Positions 14,796 to 27,127 of a stretch of 64,000 bases of DNA are shown piece by piece. A program made the position numbers and the translations under genes. Position 1 is the first letter of the stretch; each line of letters starts with the position of its first letter. The DNA is taken from positions 173,858 through 237,857 of IMG/VR virus record IMGVR_UViG_3300028048_001412, one strand, 5' to 3'. The stretch comes from a virus. Taxonomy: Duplodnaviria; Heunggongvirae; Uroviricota; Caudoviricetes. A model generated the notes under the pieces. The model saw only the letters and a list, made by a program, of their open reading frames with translations, ran no database searches and was not told where the DNA came from.

Positions 14796-15434
14796 ATGGC
14801 AAAGAAATTATTAGAAAGAGGAAATTCATTACCTTTTGAAAAACAAAATCATTGTAAACTATCTTTAACTGATATTCAAGATATTAGAGAAAGATATGAA
14901 AACGGAGAAAAGATGACACATATTCATCTTGATTATCCTCAAGTATCTCTTCCAGCAATTAGATATTGGGTTAAAGAAGAGAATAGACTTGAAGATATTG
15001 AAAGAAGAAAGGATAGACCAAGTTATACAGAAGAAAGAGATAAGAGAGAAAAAGAATATTATAAAGATTATTTTCAAAGAAGAAAAGAAGCAGGGTTGAA
15101 AATAAATAATTATAAATATACTGGAAGAATAAATAATACTACTCCATTATCAAATGAACAAGAATACGAAATAATAAAGTTATTTGAAAGTGGAAAATCA
15201 GTAAATACTATAGCTTCTGAAATGGGATTAAAAAGAACTAAAATTCAATCTTACTTTGATAATATAAATCCTATTTGGTATAGAGATGTTATAAATAGAA
15301 AGAAGATTGATAGAATCGTTAGAAATAGTAAAGTGTTGAGTTTATATTTTAAAGGCAATTCAATCAAAGAAATTTCAAAACAAACTAATATTCCTAAAAC
15401 GACAGTAATGGGAATAATATATAGGAATCAATAA
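14796..15434 (+). CDS. multi-HTH DNA-binding protein
   Basis: Three HTH-like units (IRERYENG..; LFESGKSVNTIASEMG; LYFKGNSIKEISKQTNI). Confidence 0.75.
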   Translation: MAKKLLERGNSLPFEKQNHCKLSLTDIQDIRERYENGEKMTHIHLDYPQVSLPAIRYWVKEENRLEDIERRKDRPSYTEERDKREKEYYKDYFQRRKEAGLKINNYKYTGRINNTTPLSNEQEYEIIKLFESGKSVNTIASEMGLKRTKIQSYFDNINPIWYRDVINRKKIDRIVRNSKVLSLYFKGNSIKEISKQTNIPKTTVMGIIYRNQ

Positions 15435-15449
15435 AGGAGGAACTATAAT

Positions 15450-15593
15450 ATGAAATGCGTTATATGTGGAAAAGAAATTAAAGGTTATGGTAATAATGCT
15501 GAACCTGTTAAAAATGGAAAATGTTGCGATGAATGTAATATGAAAGTAGTAGTTCCTAAAAGAATAGAATTGATAAAGAAAGGAAAAGGATAA
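15450..15593 (+). CDS. small zinc-finger protein (47 aa, not in ORF track)
   Basis: MKCVICGKEIKGYGNNAEPVKNGKCCDECN..., AGGAGG RBS. Confidence 0.75.
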   Translation: MKCVICGKEIKGYGNNAEPVKNGKCCDECNMKVVVPKRIELIKKGKG

Positions 15594-17000
15594 ATTATGA
15601 AAGTATTTCAAGATGAATTTGAAACTTTAAAAGAATCATTTATACTTGGAACTCACTTTACTAACAATCAATTATTAGTTTTAACTACTGAACCTGGAAA
15701 AGATGCTTATTTATTACCTCAGAAATTTGAAACCGAAGATAAAGCAATTGAGTATTATAAAGCACATTTAAAAGAGGAGGTTGTATAAAATGGATAAAAC
15801 CAATAAATATAAAAAATGGCAAGAAGAATTAGACAATTTGCAAAATAATAAAAGAACCACAATGTCAAGAGCCATTTTAGATACTATAGTAAGAGATAAA
15901 GAAGAAAATAAAAATGTAGTAATTATTGATCCCAAAAGTGAATATGAAGAATTAAAGAGGTTTATAGGTCAAGAAGATGATGAGCCTTGGGATAAAGTAA
16001 TATCAAGAGCATTAGGATTAAGTAAATAGACATTAAATTCAATTAGGAGGGCAAATAATTGAATTCAAGGAGGAATTCTAATATGAATTATTTATCTGTG
16101 AAAGGTAGAAGCAGAAAAAGAACAAATACTAGATTATTAGGAAGATCAAGAAGACAATACCCCTCTATATCTAGAGATACTTATAAAACATTTATAAAGG
16201 CCTGTAATAAATATTCTAATACTAATAATGCTACTATAATTGATGCATATGGGAATATTATAGGATTTAGTACTTTTAAAGATATAACTTTACCTACTTT
16301 TAATTAAGGAGTTGAAAATGGACGAAATGTTGAAATCATTAAAATTAATAGATGCTATTCTCCAAATGAGTAAAGATAAATCATTTAGAAATAATGCTTT
16401 AACCGATGCTATAAATGAATATGTTATTGATACTTGTTGGACATGTGATTGTGGATGGGAGACAGCAATTATTAAAAATAATGATATAAAAATAGTAAGT
16501 AGATATGTCGATGATAAAAAAGCAAAAGAAGGCCATAATAAATGGATAGACAAAGTAAAAGATAATTCTTTTAATTATGATTCAATTAAAGATTTAGGAT
16601 ATATGGAAGTTCAAGAAGAAATTCTAGAATTGGAGGAAAAATAAAATGTTAAAAGAAAAATTGAGTCCTATAATATTATTTCCACTTACTTTTATGTTTA
16701 TTCCAGCAAGCGGTTTTATAATATCTCTTATGGTTTTACAGGAATATTATTCAGTGGCTATTATATCTTCAATTGTAGTAATATTAACTTGCATATGGAT
16801 AGTAATAAATGTAGATTATAAAGAATATTATAAAAAAAATAATGTTCCTTATAGAGTTTATTTAACTAAAGACGAAATAGAAGAACTTATATGTGGATTA
16901 GAAGATTTAGATTATGATATAAAAACATTTTCAGAATCAGGAAAATCAGAACCAAATCCACTCATTCATAAATTAAAATCAATTATAGAGGAGTAAAATT

Positions 17001-17402
17001 ATGAAAAATATAGTAGTAAATTTATATACTTTTAAATCAGGAGCAACTAATTTCCAAATAAACAAATGGATTGAAAATAAAGGAATAAAAATAGACAGTT
17101 TTACTCCTGAAAAATCTGAAATTTGTCTTCACGATAAAGATTTAGCAGATAATTTTACTAAAATATATGAAGAACTTTATAAATCATTCAATATAATTAC
17201 TTTCAATAGTGCTATAATGAATGCTTTTAGAATTGCATATAAGAAGAAATTGAATACAGATGTAAAAGAAATCAATTTCTATATAATAGATAAAGATTTT
17301 AATGAAGAAAAAATTACTGTAAATGAAGATGGTTCTTTATCTAACTGGCCTGAAGATTTCTTTGATATTTGGGAGAAGCAATTATCACAAATAATAGCAT
17401 AA
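17001..17402 (+). CDS. DUF3696-like protein
   Basis: C-terminal I.V.EDG.L.NWPEDFFD motif. Confidence 0.5.
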   Translation: MKNIVVNLYTFKSGATNFQINKWIENKGIKIDSFTPEKSEICLHDKDLADNFTKIYEELYKSFNIITFNSAIMNAFRIAYKKKLNTDVKEINFYIIDKDFNEEKITVNEDGSLSNWPEDFFDIWEKQLSQIIA

Positions 17403-18889
17403 GGAGAAATATATGAAAGAAAGTAGTATAATTAAAATAGGAAATGATTTAGTAAAAGTTACATTTAAAGAGAAAAAAGCAATTTTAGGTGGAGGAGAGA
17501 TGCACAATCTAGATGATCCTTTTACTATCAGCTCTGAAGAATATAAAAGAGAAATAGAAAGCATAGAGAAGGTAAAATAAATCATGAAAGAACAAAAAAT
17601 TGAACTCAAATTATTAGCAATATTTTCAATAATATGTTTAACAATCAATTTATTAACTATATTTTCAGGATTTAAAATAATAAATTTAATATCCTTAGTA
17701 ATTTCTTCGATTGGAATAATCACATGTTTATTTAGTTCATCTCAAATAGATAGATTTGCAGAAGAAAAGGAGCTCATGAGAATTATCGGAATTTCAAAAT
17801 CAAAACTTACTAGAAACAATCCTAAAGAAATGCAATTATTAAATGAAAGATTACATAGTTATGAAAATATAATTAAAGGACTCAAAAATAAAAAGATTTC
17901 TTTATTAAAAGAAATAGATACAAATCGTAACTTAACATATGCAAATTTACAAGCAGATGAATTCATATTTAAAGAGTTAGAATTAGGAACTTTATAAATC
18001 ATTAATTTTGGAGGGATAAATGACCAAAAGGACTAAAAATAAAGGTAAAATATTAAAAGAAGTAAATATAGAAAATATGAAAGGGAATGTGTTAAGATGT
18101 TCTTGTTGTGGAAAACCTATAAATACTTTCCTAAAAAATATGTCTGAATATGGATGGAAAATAAAGAAAGTAAAAAACAAAAAAATTAGTTTAAAATATT
18201 TTTGTTCTTATACTTGTTATAAAAAAGAAATTGATAAAGAAGAAAAAATCAAAGATAAAAAACTTAAGGCTAAATTATTAAATAAATATAACGGAGTACT
18301 AACTTTGCCAGAATGTTTATTTATGGATGAATTATTAGGACATATAGGATTCAAAAGAGGAACTATTCCTAAAGTTCATATTAAAACAAGAGAAGATTTT
18401 GAAAAATTTCTTGATAAATATTATGATTATGCAGTAGAGGTAATAGAAGATGAGTAAATATATTCTTACAAAAGAACAAATGGCAAATAGCCTTATAAAT
18501 TTAGGAGCAGTTCCGGTTTCAATGAAATCAATGTTAATGCATTCGAATAAATCAAGAATTCTTAAAGATTTTCAAGAAAAGATTAAACCAGAGTGCAGAT
18601 CTTTAATAAAACAAATGTCTTTTTGTAAAAATGGAAATATTAATTTTGAACAAGTTAAGAGAGAATTTCCTAATCCATTAAGAGAAATGATCGTCGAAAC
18701 TGTATCTATAAATAAAAAAGAAATAAATCCACAGCCTATAAATCATATAGAACCTGTAAAAATTAAACGTGAGAAATCTATTTCAGCAAAAAAGAAAGCT
18801 TTGGCAAAAAAAGAACCTAGACCTCAATATGAAATAGATTATTTAATTAAAAAGATTAATGAAGTATTTTCATAAAAGGTGATTTTGAA

Positions 18890-19294
18890 ATGGAAATTAA
18901 AAAATTAAAAGATGAAGATTTTTTAGATGATTTATTTGTAGAAGATGATTTTCCAGAAACTGTTCATATGGATTCTGAGGAATTTAGATATAATAGAGAA
19001 TTATTAAATGATGATTGGTTTGGATTATTTGAAGATGATGAAATGATAGGAATTGCTTGTATTTGTCTTAAATCTCCAACTGAAGCTAAAATAGAATCAT
19101 TTGAAATCAAAGAGAATTATCAAGATAACGGATATGGGACTAAATTAATGAAATATATCATTCAATATTATAATTTTGTAGATAAAATATATCTTGATTG
19201 TTTATATAGTGATTTAGATAGATTTTATAAAAGATTTGGATTTGAAATATATAGTAATGATGTAACAAAGAAAATGGTATTAAATATAGGATAA
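18890..19294 (+). CDS. GNAT acetyltransferase
   Basis: YQDNGYGTKLM motif A, FYKRFGF. Confidence 0.85.
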   Translation: MEIKKLKDEDFLDDLFVEDDFPETVHMDSEEFRYNRELLNDDWFGLFEDDEMIGIACICLKSPTEAKIESFEIKENYQDNGYGTKLMKYIIQYYNFVDKIYLDCLYSDLDRFYKRFGFEIYSNDVTKKMVLNIG

Positions 19295-20239
19295 AAATAA
19301 GGGGGATTAAAAATATGCAAAACAAAATATTCAATAGAATAATTTTGGCTCTATGTATTCTCGGAGTAACAAGCAGTTTAAATGGTTATTTAGATAGACT
19401 TATAAATAATACTGATGGCCGTTTCTATTCATTAGGATGTCTTACAATCAATTTATTCTTAAGTATTTTATGGGCTATAACTATCATTAAGGAGGATTAA
19501 AATGAATAATATTATTTTTGCAATATTATATCAATTAATTCAAACTATTCCATTTTATTTCTTGTATAATAAAATTTTAACTCAACTTATTCCTGGACTA
19601 GTTGCTAGAAATTTTTTACAATCGGTGATTTTATACTTGTTAATAAGCCTTCCTGTCGAATTTACAAATGCTATGATGAATAGAGATGATTTAAATTCAT
19701 CATTATATAAGATTTTAGCATTAATTTTCTTCACTATATTTTGGTTCTTAATATTCGGAATATATCAATTTATTAAATAAGGAGAATTAAAATGCCAAAT
19801 ATAGGAAAATATAAATATATAGTTACAAATGAAGTAGATGGTCAACTTATTATTCAAGGAATATTTGATGCCGAAGAAAGAGCTCAAGCTTATGCAGATA
19901 TGTTAATGAAAGAAGGATATCAAAAAGTTCATCATAGAAAAGTTCATTATTTTCCAGAGGAGGATTTTTCTAATGGATAGAATGATAACTCCATTTGAAG
20001 CAATGAGAGAATTAGAAAGAGCAAGAATAGATTCAATAAAGAAAGCAATTAAGAATGGAACTTATAAACCTTATCCTGGAAATGGAATGAGTGTAAGTAT
20101 TTTACAAGCAATAGAAGAATTACAAGAAGAAAATTTTCACGTGAGTCCTATAGATAATTTGGCAAATGAAGTATTCAAAATAACTTTTTCTAATTTATTA
20201 AAAGATGGAAAGATAAAATCGAATAAAGAGGTTAAATAA

Positions 20240-21307
20240 ATGAATAGAAATGAAATAAGAACACAATTTAAAAAGAATTTTCCTAAAATAGCAGAAGTAG
20301 TATCAAATGATCCTTCTTATAATTTTTTATATAATAATGAAAATTTAGGTAAGAATTTAATTTTTCTTACTTTGGGTGGATCATATGCATATGGAACTAA
20401 TATAGAAAGTTCTGATATTGATGTAAGAGGAATAAGTCTTAATACTAAAAGAGAAATTCTATTAGGTAGAGACCATGAACAATCAATAAATGAAGCTACT
20501 GATACTGTAATTTATACTATAAATAAATATATATATTTATTATCTAAAATGAACCCTAATACGGTGGAATTTTGTGGAAATATAGATAGAAATTCTCTTT
20601 ATATTCATCCTATATTTAAAGAAAATATATTAGATAATATGAAATTATTTTTATCTAAAGATGCTTTTTATTCATTTGTTGGATATGCTAATTCTCAATT
20701 GTCCCGTTTATTTAATAAATTAGGTAGAAATGAAGAAAAAATAGAACAACAAAATATATTGAGAAGCATAGATAATTCAAGTAAACATTTGCAAGAAAGA
20801 TATGGTGTAAATATTAAAACATTATTTCCAATAGAAAAAAGAGAAGGATTATATATTATAGGAAGAGAAGATAATAACTTTGATTTAATTTTTAAAAACG
20901 TAACTAAGGAAGATGCTCAAAGTTTTCTCAATGAATTATCTAGTATTTTTAAAGATTATAATAAATTAGGCAAAAGAAATAAAAATGCCGTTGAAAAAGG
21001 AAAATTAGGAAAACATTTTATGCATCTTATAAGATTAACTTATATGGGATATGATATATTAGTTAACCAAGAAATAATTACATATAGAGAGAAAGAACAT
21101 GATCTTTTAATGAGCATTAGAAATAATGAAAACAATAAATGGATAACTAAAGATAATCATTTAACAGAGAAAGGAGAAAATCTTATAAAAGAAAGAATGA
21201 AAATTTTAGAATCAGCGAAAGATCAAAGTAAATTAAAAAATAAACCAGATGTGTCTGAAATAGAAAATTTAAAAATTAAAATTAATGAATTAATAATTAA
21301 AGGATAA
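20240..21307 (+). CDS. phage nucleotidyltransferase (Pol-beta-like)
   Basis: GGSYAYGTN..SSDIDVRG; KHFMHLIRL. Confidence 0.85.
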   Translation: MNRNEIRTQFKKNFPKIAEVVSNDPSYNFLYNNENLGKNLIFLTLGGSYAYGTNIESSDIDVRGISLNTKREILLGRDHEQSINEATDTVIYTINKYIYLLSKMNPNTVEFCGNIDRNSLYIHPIFKENILDNMKLFLSKDAFYSFVGYANSQLSRLFNKLGRNEEKIEQQNILRSIDNSSKHLQERYGVNIKTLFPIEKREGLYIIGREDNNFDLIFKNVTKEDAQSFLNELSSIFKDYNKLGKRNKNAVEKGKLGKHFMHLIRLTYMGYDILVNQEIITYREKEHDLLMSIRNNENNKWITKDNHLTEKGENLIKERMKILESAKDQSKLKNKPDVSEIENLKIKINELIIKG

Positions 21308-21310
21308 AAT

Positions 21311-22096
21311 ATGTTATATTGTGAAAACCGATTAAATACTTATGATGCAACGAGTATATATGGTTATATTTATAAAATTACTCTTCCGGATGGCAGATAT
21401 TATATAGGACAGAAGAAAGGTTTACCTGAAAATTCAAGAAGATATTTTGGGAGTGGAACTCATATAAAAAATTGGTTCAAGAAATATTTTGGATTTTCAT
21501 CTGAAAATGTAGATTTGGAAATAATAAACAATCTTGTAAATAAAGAAATTATAGATTATGCATTAGATCAAGATGAATTAAATGAAGAGGAAATTGAACA
21601 TATATGTTATTATAAAAATATCCAAGAATATAAAGGACAATGTCTTAATATAAATCAAGGAGGACAATGTTTTTATATTCCAACTGAAGAGGATAAAGAA
21701 ATATGGCGTAAAAAAATGCAAAAACATTTTGATGATCCAAATGGTTATTGGAAAAATCATAAATGGCAATGGGAAAATAATTTACCTAAAATGTGGGAGG
21801 CAAATAGAAATAGAATATGGACTAAAGAAGAAAGAGAAAGACATTCTAAAATATTAAAAGGAACTAAAGTAAAAGATACTTCTAATATGAAATTAGCTCA
21901 AACTGGAAGTAAGAACCCCGCATCCAAATTAGATGAAAATAAAGTCAAAGAAATAAGATTATTTATAATTAATAATAATGAATTTAAAGAAAATAAAAGA
22001 AAAATAATAAAAGAATTATCTGAAAAATATAAAGTATCAGAATGGACTATAGAATTAATTATTGATTATAAGACTTGGAAACATGTGAAAATTTAA
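21311..22096 (+). CDS. GIY-YIG homing endonuclease
   Basis: GYIYKIT..YYIGQKK..YFGSG, NUMOD-like and HTH C-terminus. Confidence 0.85.
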   Translation: MLYCENRLNTYDATSIYGYIYKITLPDGRYYIGQKKGLPENSRRYFGSGTHIKNWFKKYFGFSSENVDLEIINNLVNKEIIDYALDQDELNEEEIEHICYYKNIQEYKGQCLNINQGGQCFYIPTEEDKEIWRKKMQKHFDDPNGYWKNHKWQWENNLPKMWEANRNRIWTKEERERHSKILKGTKVKDTSNMKLAQTGSKNPASKLDENKVKEIRLFIINNNEFKENKRKIIKELSEKYKVSEWTIELIIDYKTWKHVKI

Positions 22097-22162
22097 AAAT
22101 TATAATTCAAAGATTGAAAGAATTGCGAATATCAATAAATAAAGAAATATTAGGAAAATAGA

Positions 22163-23623
22163 ATGAGAACAAAAGTAAATGTATCCTTAAAGGAATGGTT
22201 ACAAGTAAATAAGAAAATGCCAATATCAAAAGATATAAAACAAATATTTGATACTTTAAGCCAAAATGGTTATGAAGCATACCTTGTTGGAGGTTGCGTC
22301 AGGGATTTTTTATTGGGTAAAGAACCTCATGATTATGATATAACTACAAATGCCACTCCAGAACAAGTCAAATCTTTATTTTCAAAAACTATTGATACTG
22401 GAATTCAACACGGGACTGTTACAGTTTGTTTAGAAGATGGACAATACGAAATAACCACTTTTAGAAAAGATGGAGATTATTCAGATGGAAGACATCCTGA
22501 TAAAGTAGAATTCACTTCATCTATTGAAGAAGATTTATCTCGTAGGGACCTTACAATAAATGGTATAGCTTATTCACTAGGAAAAGGTTTTGTAGATCCT
22601 TTTAATGGAAGATATGATTTAGAAAGAAAAGTTATAAAATGTGTAGGCAATCCTGTAGATAGATTTAATGAAGATGCTTTAAGAATGATGAGAACAATAA
22701 GATTTAGTTGTCAATTAGGATTTACTGTAGATAAAGATACATTAAATGCTATAAGCTTATTAAAAGATAAAATTAGTCAAGTAAGTAAAGAAAGAATTCA
22801 AGCAGAATTAACTAAATCATTTTTAGGTAGTTGTGTAGAAAGAAATTTTTATTATTATATAGATACCGGTTTATTATATGCAATAGACCAAAGATTTAAG
22901 AACTTAAAACATTATGCTGGAATAATGAAATGTTTTGAAATGTCATCTCTTAAACGAGATTATACTGATTATTATGCTACTTTATTTATGATTGAAGATA
23001 AAAATATAATCGTTGATTTATTAAAAGACCTAAAATATTCAAATGAAGTTATAGATAAAGTAGAAATGACTATAGAATTGTTTTCAAATATAAATGTTTC
23101 TTATGGAAGAACTGACTTAAACTATTTTGGTAAATATTTATTAAATAAATATGATATAGAAAGCATTCCATTATTTGTAATGATTACAATTCAAAACCGA
23201 TTATCAACTAATGAAAAATTAAACAAATTCAGGACTGATTTATGGAATGAATTAGAAATGATTAAATATACAAAGGAACCTTATTTATTAAAAGATTTGG
23301 CTATAAATGGAAATGACCTTATAAAATTAGGTTATTCTGGTAAAGAAATAGGTGAAGTATTGAGTGAATTACAAAAAGAAGTATGGAAAGATAAAGGCCT
23401 AAATACAAAAGAAAAACTCACTGAATTTCTTAACAATAATGTTCTTTGCTCAGAATGCAATCGATTGGTTCCTAAAGAACACTATGACAAAGATAAAAAG
23501 ATGTGCAAAAATTGTATTCAAGCTTACGAAGATTATATGCAAGAACAACAGGAAATGGACATGAGATACGAACAATTAGCCAGAGAGCAATATGATTTTG
23601 AAAGAGGAGATTGGAAATACTAA
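22163..23623 (+). CDS. cca: CCA-adding tRNA nucleotidyltransferase with extra Cys-rich tail
   Basis: LVGGCVRD..DYD, EITTFR, RRDLTIN, EDALRMMR, SKERI motifs. Confidence 0.93.
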   Translation: MRTKVNVSLKEWLQVNKKMPISKDIKQIFDTLSQNGYEAYLVGGCVRDFLLGKEPHDYDITTNATPEQVKSLFSKTIDTGIQHGTVTVCLEDGQYEITTFRKDGDYSDGRHPDKVEFTSSIEEDLSRRDLTINGIAYSLGKGFVDPFNGRYDLERKVIKCVGNPVDRFNEDALRMMRTIRFSCQLGFTVDKDTLNAISLLKDKISQVSKERIQAELTKSFLGSCVERNFYYYIDTGLLYAIDQRFKNLKHYAGIMKCFEMSSLKRDYTDYYATLFMIEDKNIIVDLLKDLKYSNEVIDKVEMTIELFSNINVSYGRTDLNYFGKYLLNKYDIESIPLFVMITIQNRLSTNEKLNKFRTDLWNELEMIKYTKEPYLLKDLAINGNDLIKLGYSGKEIGEVLSELQKEVWKDKGLNTKEKLTEFLNNNVLCSECNRLVPKEHYDKDKKMCKNCIQAYEDYMQEQQEMDMRYEQLAREQYDFERGDWKY

Positions 23624-23639
23624 AAAGAAAAGTATCCAC

Positions 23640-23687
23640 TATAATAAACTTCATTCTGAATATAAGAAATTATTTGATATAAATTAA
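23640..23687 (+). pseudogene. relic of nucleotidyltransferase gene 3' end
   Basis: 42/48 identity to 36960-37007 by manual alignment. Confidence 0.65.
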
Positions 23688-23697
23688 AGGAGAAAAT

Positions 23698-26562
23698 ATG
23701 AGAACAAAAGAAGGTCTTAAAGATATTGAAGATATAACTATATTACTTCAATATCTTTATATGGATGAAAACCATAAAATAGTAATTAAAAATTCCATTG
23801 GAGTTCCTTTAGAATTATACATGAATGATGATTTTGAAATAGGGTGTAGAAATCTTAATTTTCCAAGTGTTCCTCCTATGGATTGGAGAAGTGAATCTCA
23901 TCCAAGTAATCTTATTGGAATTATATATGGATTAAAGAAAGAACCTGCAAAAGAATTTCCAGAAAGATTTAAAAATAGATGGGAAGAAATTAAAACTATA
24001 ACATTATCAAATATGACATTAAATTTCAAATAAAAGAGGAAAATAAAGATGATTAAAGAAATAATTTGTAAAATAATATGGTTCATTATAACTTTACTTA
24101 AAAATTCAATATTATATTTGGGAGGAGAAGCCATGATATATGTATTTGGATTTAAAGAGATTATAGATTCAAATTCATTAACAAGTTTATTTTTAATATC
24201 ATTGGCTATTAATTTCATATATTTGATATTTGAGTTTAAAAAAGAATGGGATAAATTTAAAAGAGAGGTTATATAAATAATATGAAAATATTCATAAGCA
24301 TAATTCATTTTGTAAGTCTTATTTCACTTGGATATATTTGTAGAATATTTTATGAAACCAGAGATATGAATTTCATATATGGGATAATAAGTATTTTAGT
24401 CATAGTAATTTACACAGGATATTTAGAATATAAAAGATTATTTGGATAAAACCCTTGATTTTTCTTCAAAAATATCATATAATATTAGTATAATATTATT
24501 AGGAGGAAATAATATGAAAAGCTTAATTTTAATAATACTTATAATGATATTACCTATAAATTTTTTATCATGTAATAAAGGCCCAAGTATTGCACCCGAT
24601 ATGCCGAACAGAAATACCAATGGTCCTTTATTTTTATCTGATCCAATTGAAGAACATATTGAATTAACAGATGAAGAAATAGAATATTGTTGTAATAATC
24701 CAATTGAAAAAATCATGGTAGAATATTTTGAAGGAAGACATATAAAAGAATTAACTCCAAGATTAGGGGAAATGTTATCTTTAGCAAATGATTATTCTTC
24801 TTATAAAGATAATGTTAAATTAAATAGAACATCAAAAGAATGGAAAGAATTAGAAAGTACTGAAAGTGATATATATCTATTAGTTATAGATACTAAATAT
24901 AAAACATTAGATATAGAAAATATACCCATAGAATTATCTTAAATAAGGAGGATAAATACATGTTATTTAGAGACAAATCAAATGGAGATATTGTAATATT
25001 CTTAAATGAATCTGAAGGATATTATCATAGATTCGGATATTTAGCTAGAATAGTAAATGTAAGTAAAGAACAAACCATTCTTATAAAAGATGAGGTTCAA
25101 AAGAAAAATGAATTAGATAAATTAGAACCTATATCTGAAAAATTAAAATTATCAATCCTTTCAGATAAATTCAAATATGAATTGTATGAAATATTTAAAA
25201 CTGAAGATAATGATATAAGATATGTATTTAAGAGAAATGATCATGTACTGGTAGGAATAGATAAAAATTCTAGTTTAATAGGATTCACCGTAAGATCTGA
25301 AGATTTCACATTGGATGAAATAAAAGCCATTGTAGAAACAGCAGATCAATTAAAAAGACCAATAGGATTTTAAAGAAATATGAAAAGAAATATAAATAAT
25401 AAAGTTGTAAAACAAAAATCAATTATAAAAGAAGTTAAAAGAAAAGATGATAAAATCATTCCTTATAATTCTTTTGTAACCGACGATTTCATAAAAGTAA
25501 ATATTTCCAAAGGACAAACTACTTACTTATTATCAAATAGAATTGAATTTGTAGATACTAAAAATATATGTGATAATGCAGAAAAACCAGATGAAAAACA
25601 TACACATTGGGTTATAAATTATGCATTAATTAATGGAGAAGAAATATTAGATGTTACTCCATATAAAACAAGAGAAAAAGCAGAAAAAGTTGCAGAGAAT
25701 ATAATAAGAAGATTACCAAAATCAGTTCCTATAACTTCAATTACTAATAATATATCTTCTAATTCTGAATTATCAAATGATATAATTGAACCTATAGGTG
25801 AACAAAAACCTTATAAGATAGGGTTTAGATTAGATGGTAATGATGAGTAAAATGAGGCAGATGAAATGTTAAGAATAGAAATAATAGCAATAATTTTAAC
25901 TATATTATTTATACTTATTGGTTTTATTATAGGAACAATTAGAAATCATATTGAAGAATATGAATCTACAGATATTCAAAATTCATTTAAAGAAGAATAT
26001 GCCAAAGCAATAACTACAGAAGAAAAAATCAATGTATTGAATAAATATTTAACTGAAGAAGATATAATTGCTGTAGCAAAAGATTTGGAAAAGATGGGAG
26101 AATATTTTAGACAAGTTATTCCTATTGAAGGATGTCAAGGTTGCTTATATAAACCGAATTCTCCACATTGTAAAGATTGTAAATATAATGGATAATGCTT
26201 ATCAAAAATTAAATATTAATGGTTTACCTATAATTGGAGATCATTGCGGATTTTGCCATTACAATAGACATAAAGGATATTTAACATTATCTGATATTAA
26301 AAGTCACGATTGTTTTGGAAAAGGATGTTCATTTCTAGAAATAAATAACATGCATCCTTATTGGTTTACAAATGAACAAAACAAATTACTTAAGAAATAT
26401 AGAAAAGATGTTAAAAAGAGATATTATGAAGGAAATATAACATATAGATATTATCAGAAATTAAGTAAGATCACTAATATAAGATACATTATAAATTATT
26501 TCAACACTTCACGTTTATCGCAAGATATGTGGAGCAAAATCTTAAACAAGGAAGATATTTAA
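23698..26562 (+). other. block of small hypothetical genes including a putative lipoprotein (24514-24942)
   Basis: Packed + strand ORFs; signal peptide ending FLSC. Confidence 0.7.
24455..24483 (+). promoter_or_regulatory. sigmaA-type early promoter
   Basis: TTGATT-17 bp-TATAAT. Confidence 0.8.
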
Positions 26563-26576
26563 GGAGGAAATTTAAA

Positions 26577-27125
26577 ATGAAAAATGTATTAGTAACAATT
26601 GGAGTAGTACTTGTAGTAATTATAGGAGTAATTTTTATGGGATTTTCTTATAAAAATACTGCTATAAGATTAGAAGAAAATATCAAAACAGCAGAAAGTA
26701 ATATCAATTCTCAATATAAGAGGAGAGATGATTTAATTCCTAATTTAGTTGCAACAGTTAAAGATTATAATAAATATGAATATGATACTTTAATGAAGAT
26801 TGTGGAAGCAAGAAAAACTAATTATACTGAAGAAGATATTAAGAATATCCAAAATGCAGTTAGAGTAGTTGCAGAACAATATCCACAATTGCAAGCAAAT
26901 ACTAATTATAATCAACTAATGACTGAATTAGCAAATACTGAAAATCTTGTATTTAATTATAGAAGTGCTTATAATGAATCAGTAAAAAGTTATAATAGTT
27001 ATATTCAAGCATTTCCTAATAGCTTCTTTTTAGGAGTTACAGGATATGCAATTAAGAGTTATAATTATTTGAATTTTGAAAATGTATCTGAAAATGCACC
27101 TAATGTTTCAGATTTATTAAAGTAA
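26577..27125 (+). CDS. lemA: LemA family protein
   Basis: N-terminal TM, QYKRRDDLIPNLV, YPQLQAN..Y..LM.EL..TEN, YN..I..FP. Confidence 0.9.
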   Translation: MKNVLVTIGVVLVVIIGVIFMGFSYKNTAIRLEENIKTAESNINSQYKRRDDLIPNLVATVKDYNKYEYDTLMKIVEARKTNYTEEDIKNIQNAVRVVAEQYPQLQANTNYNQLMTELANTENLVFNYRSAYNESVKSYNSYIQAFPNSFFLGVTGYAIKSYNYLNFENVSENAPNVSDLLK

Positions 27126-27127
27126 AA

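Larger units (their letters stand above)
15597..20239 (+). other. block of about 15 tightly packed small hypothetical genes
   Basis: Abutting or overlapping + strand ORFs with GGAG RBS. Confidence 0.7.
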
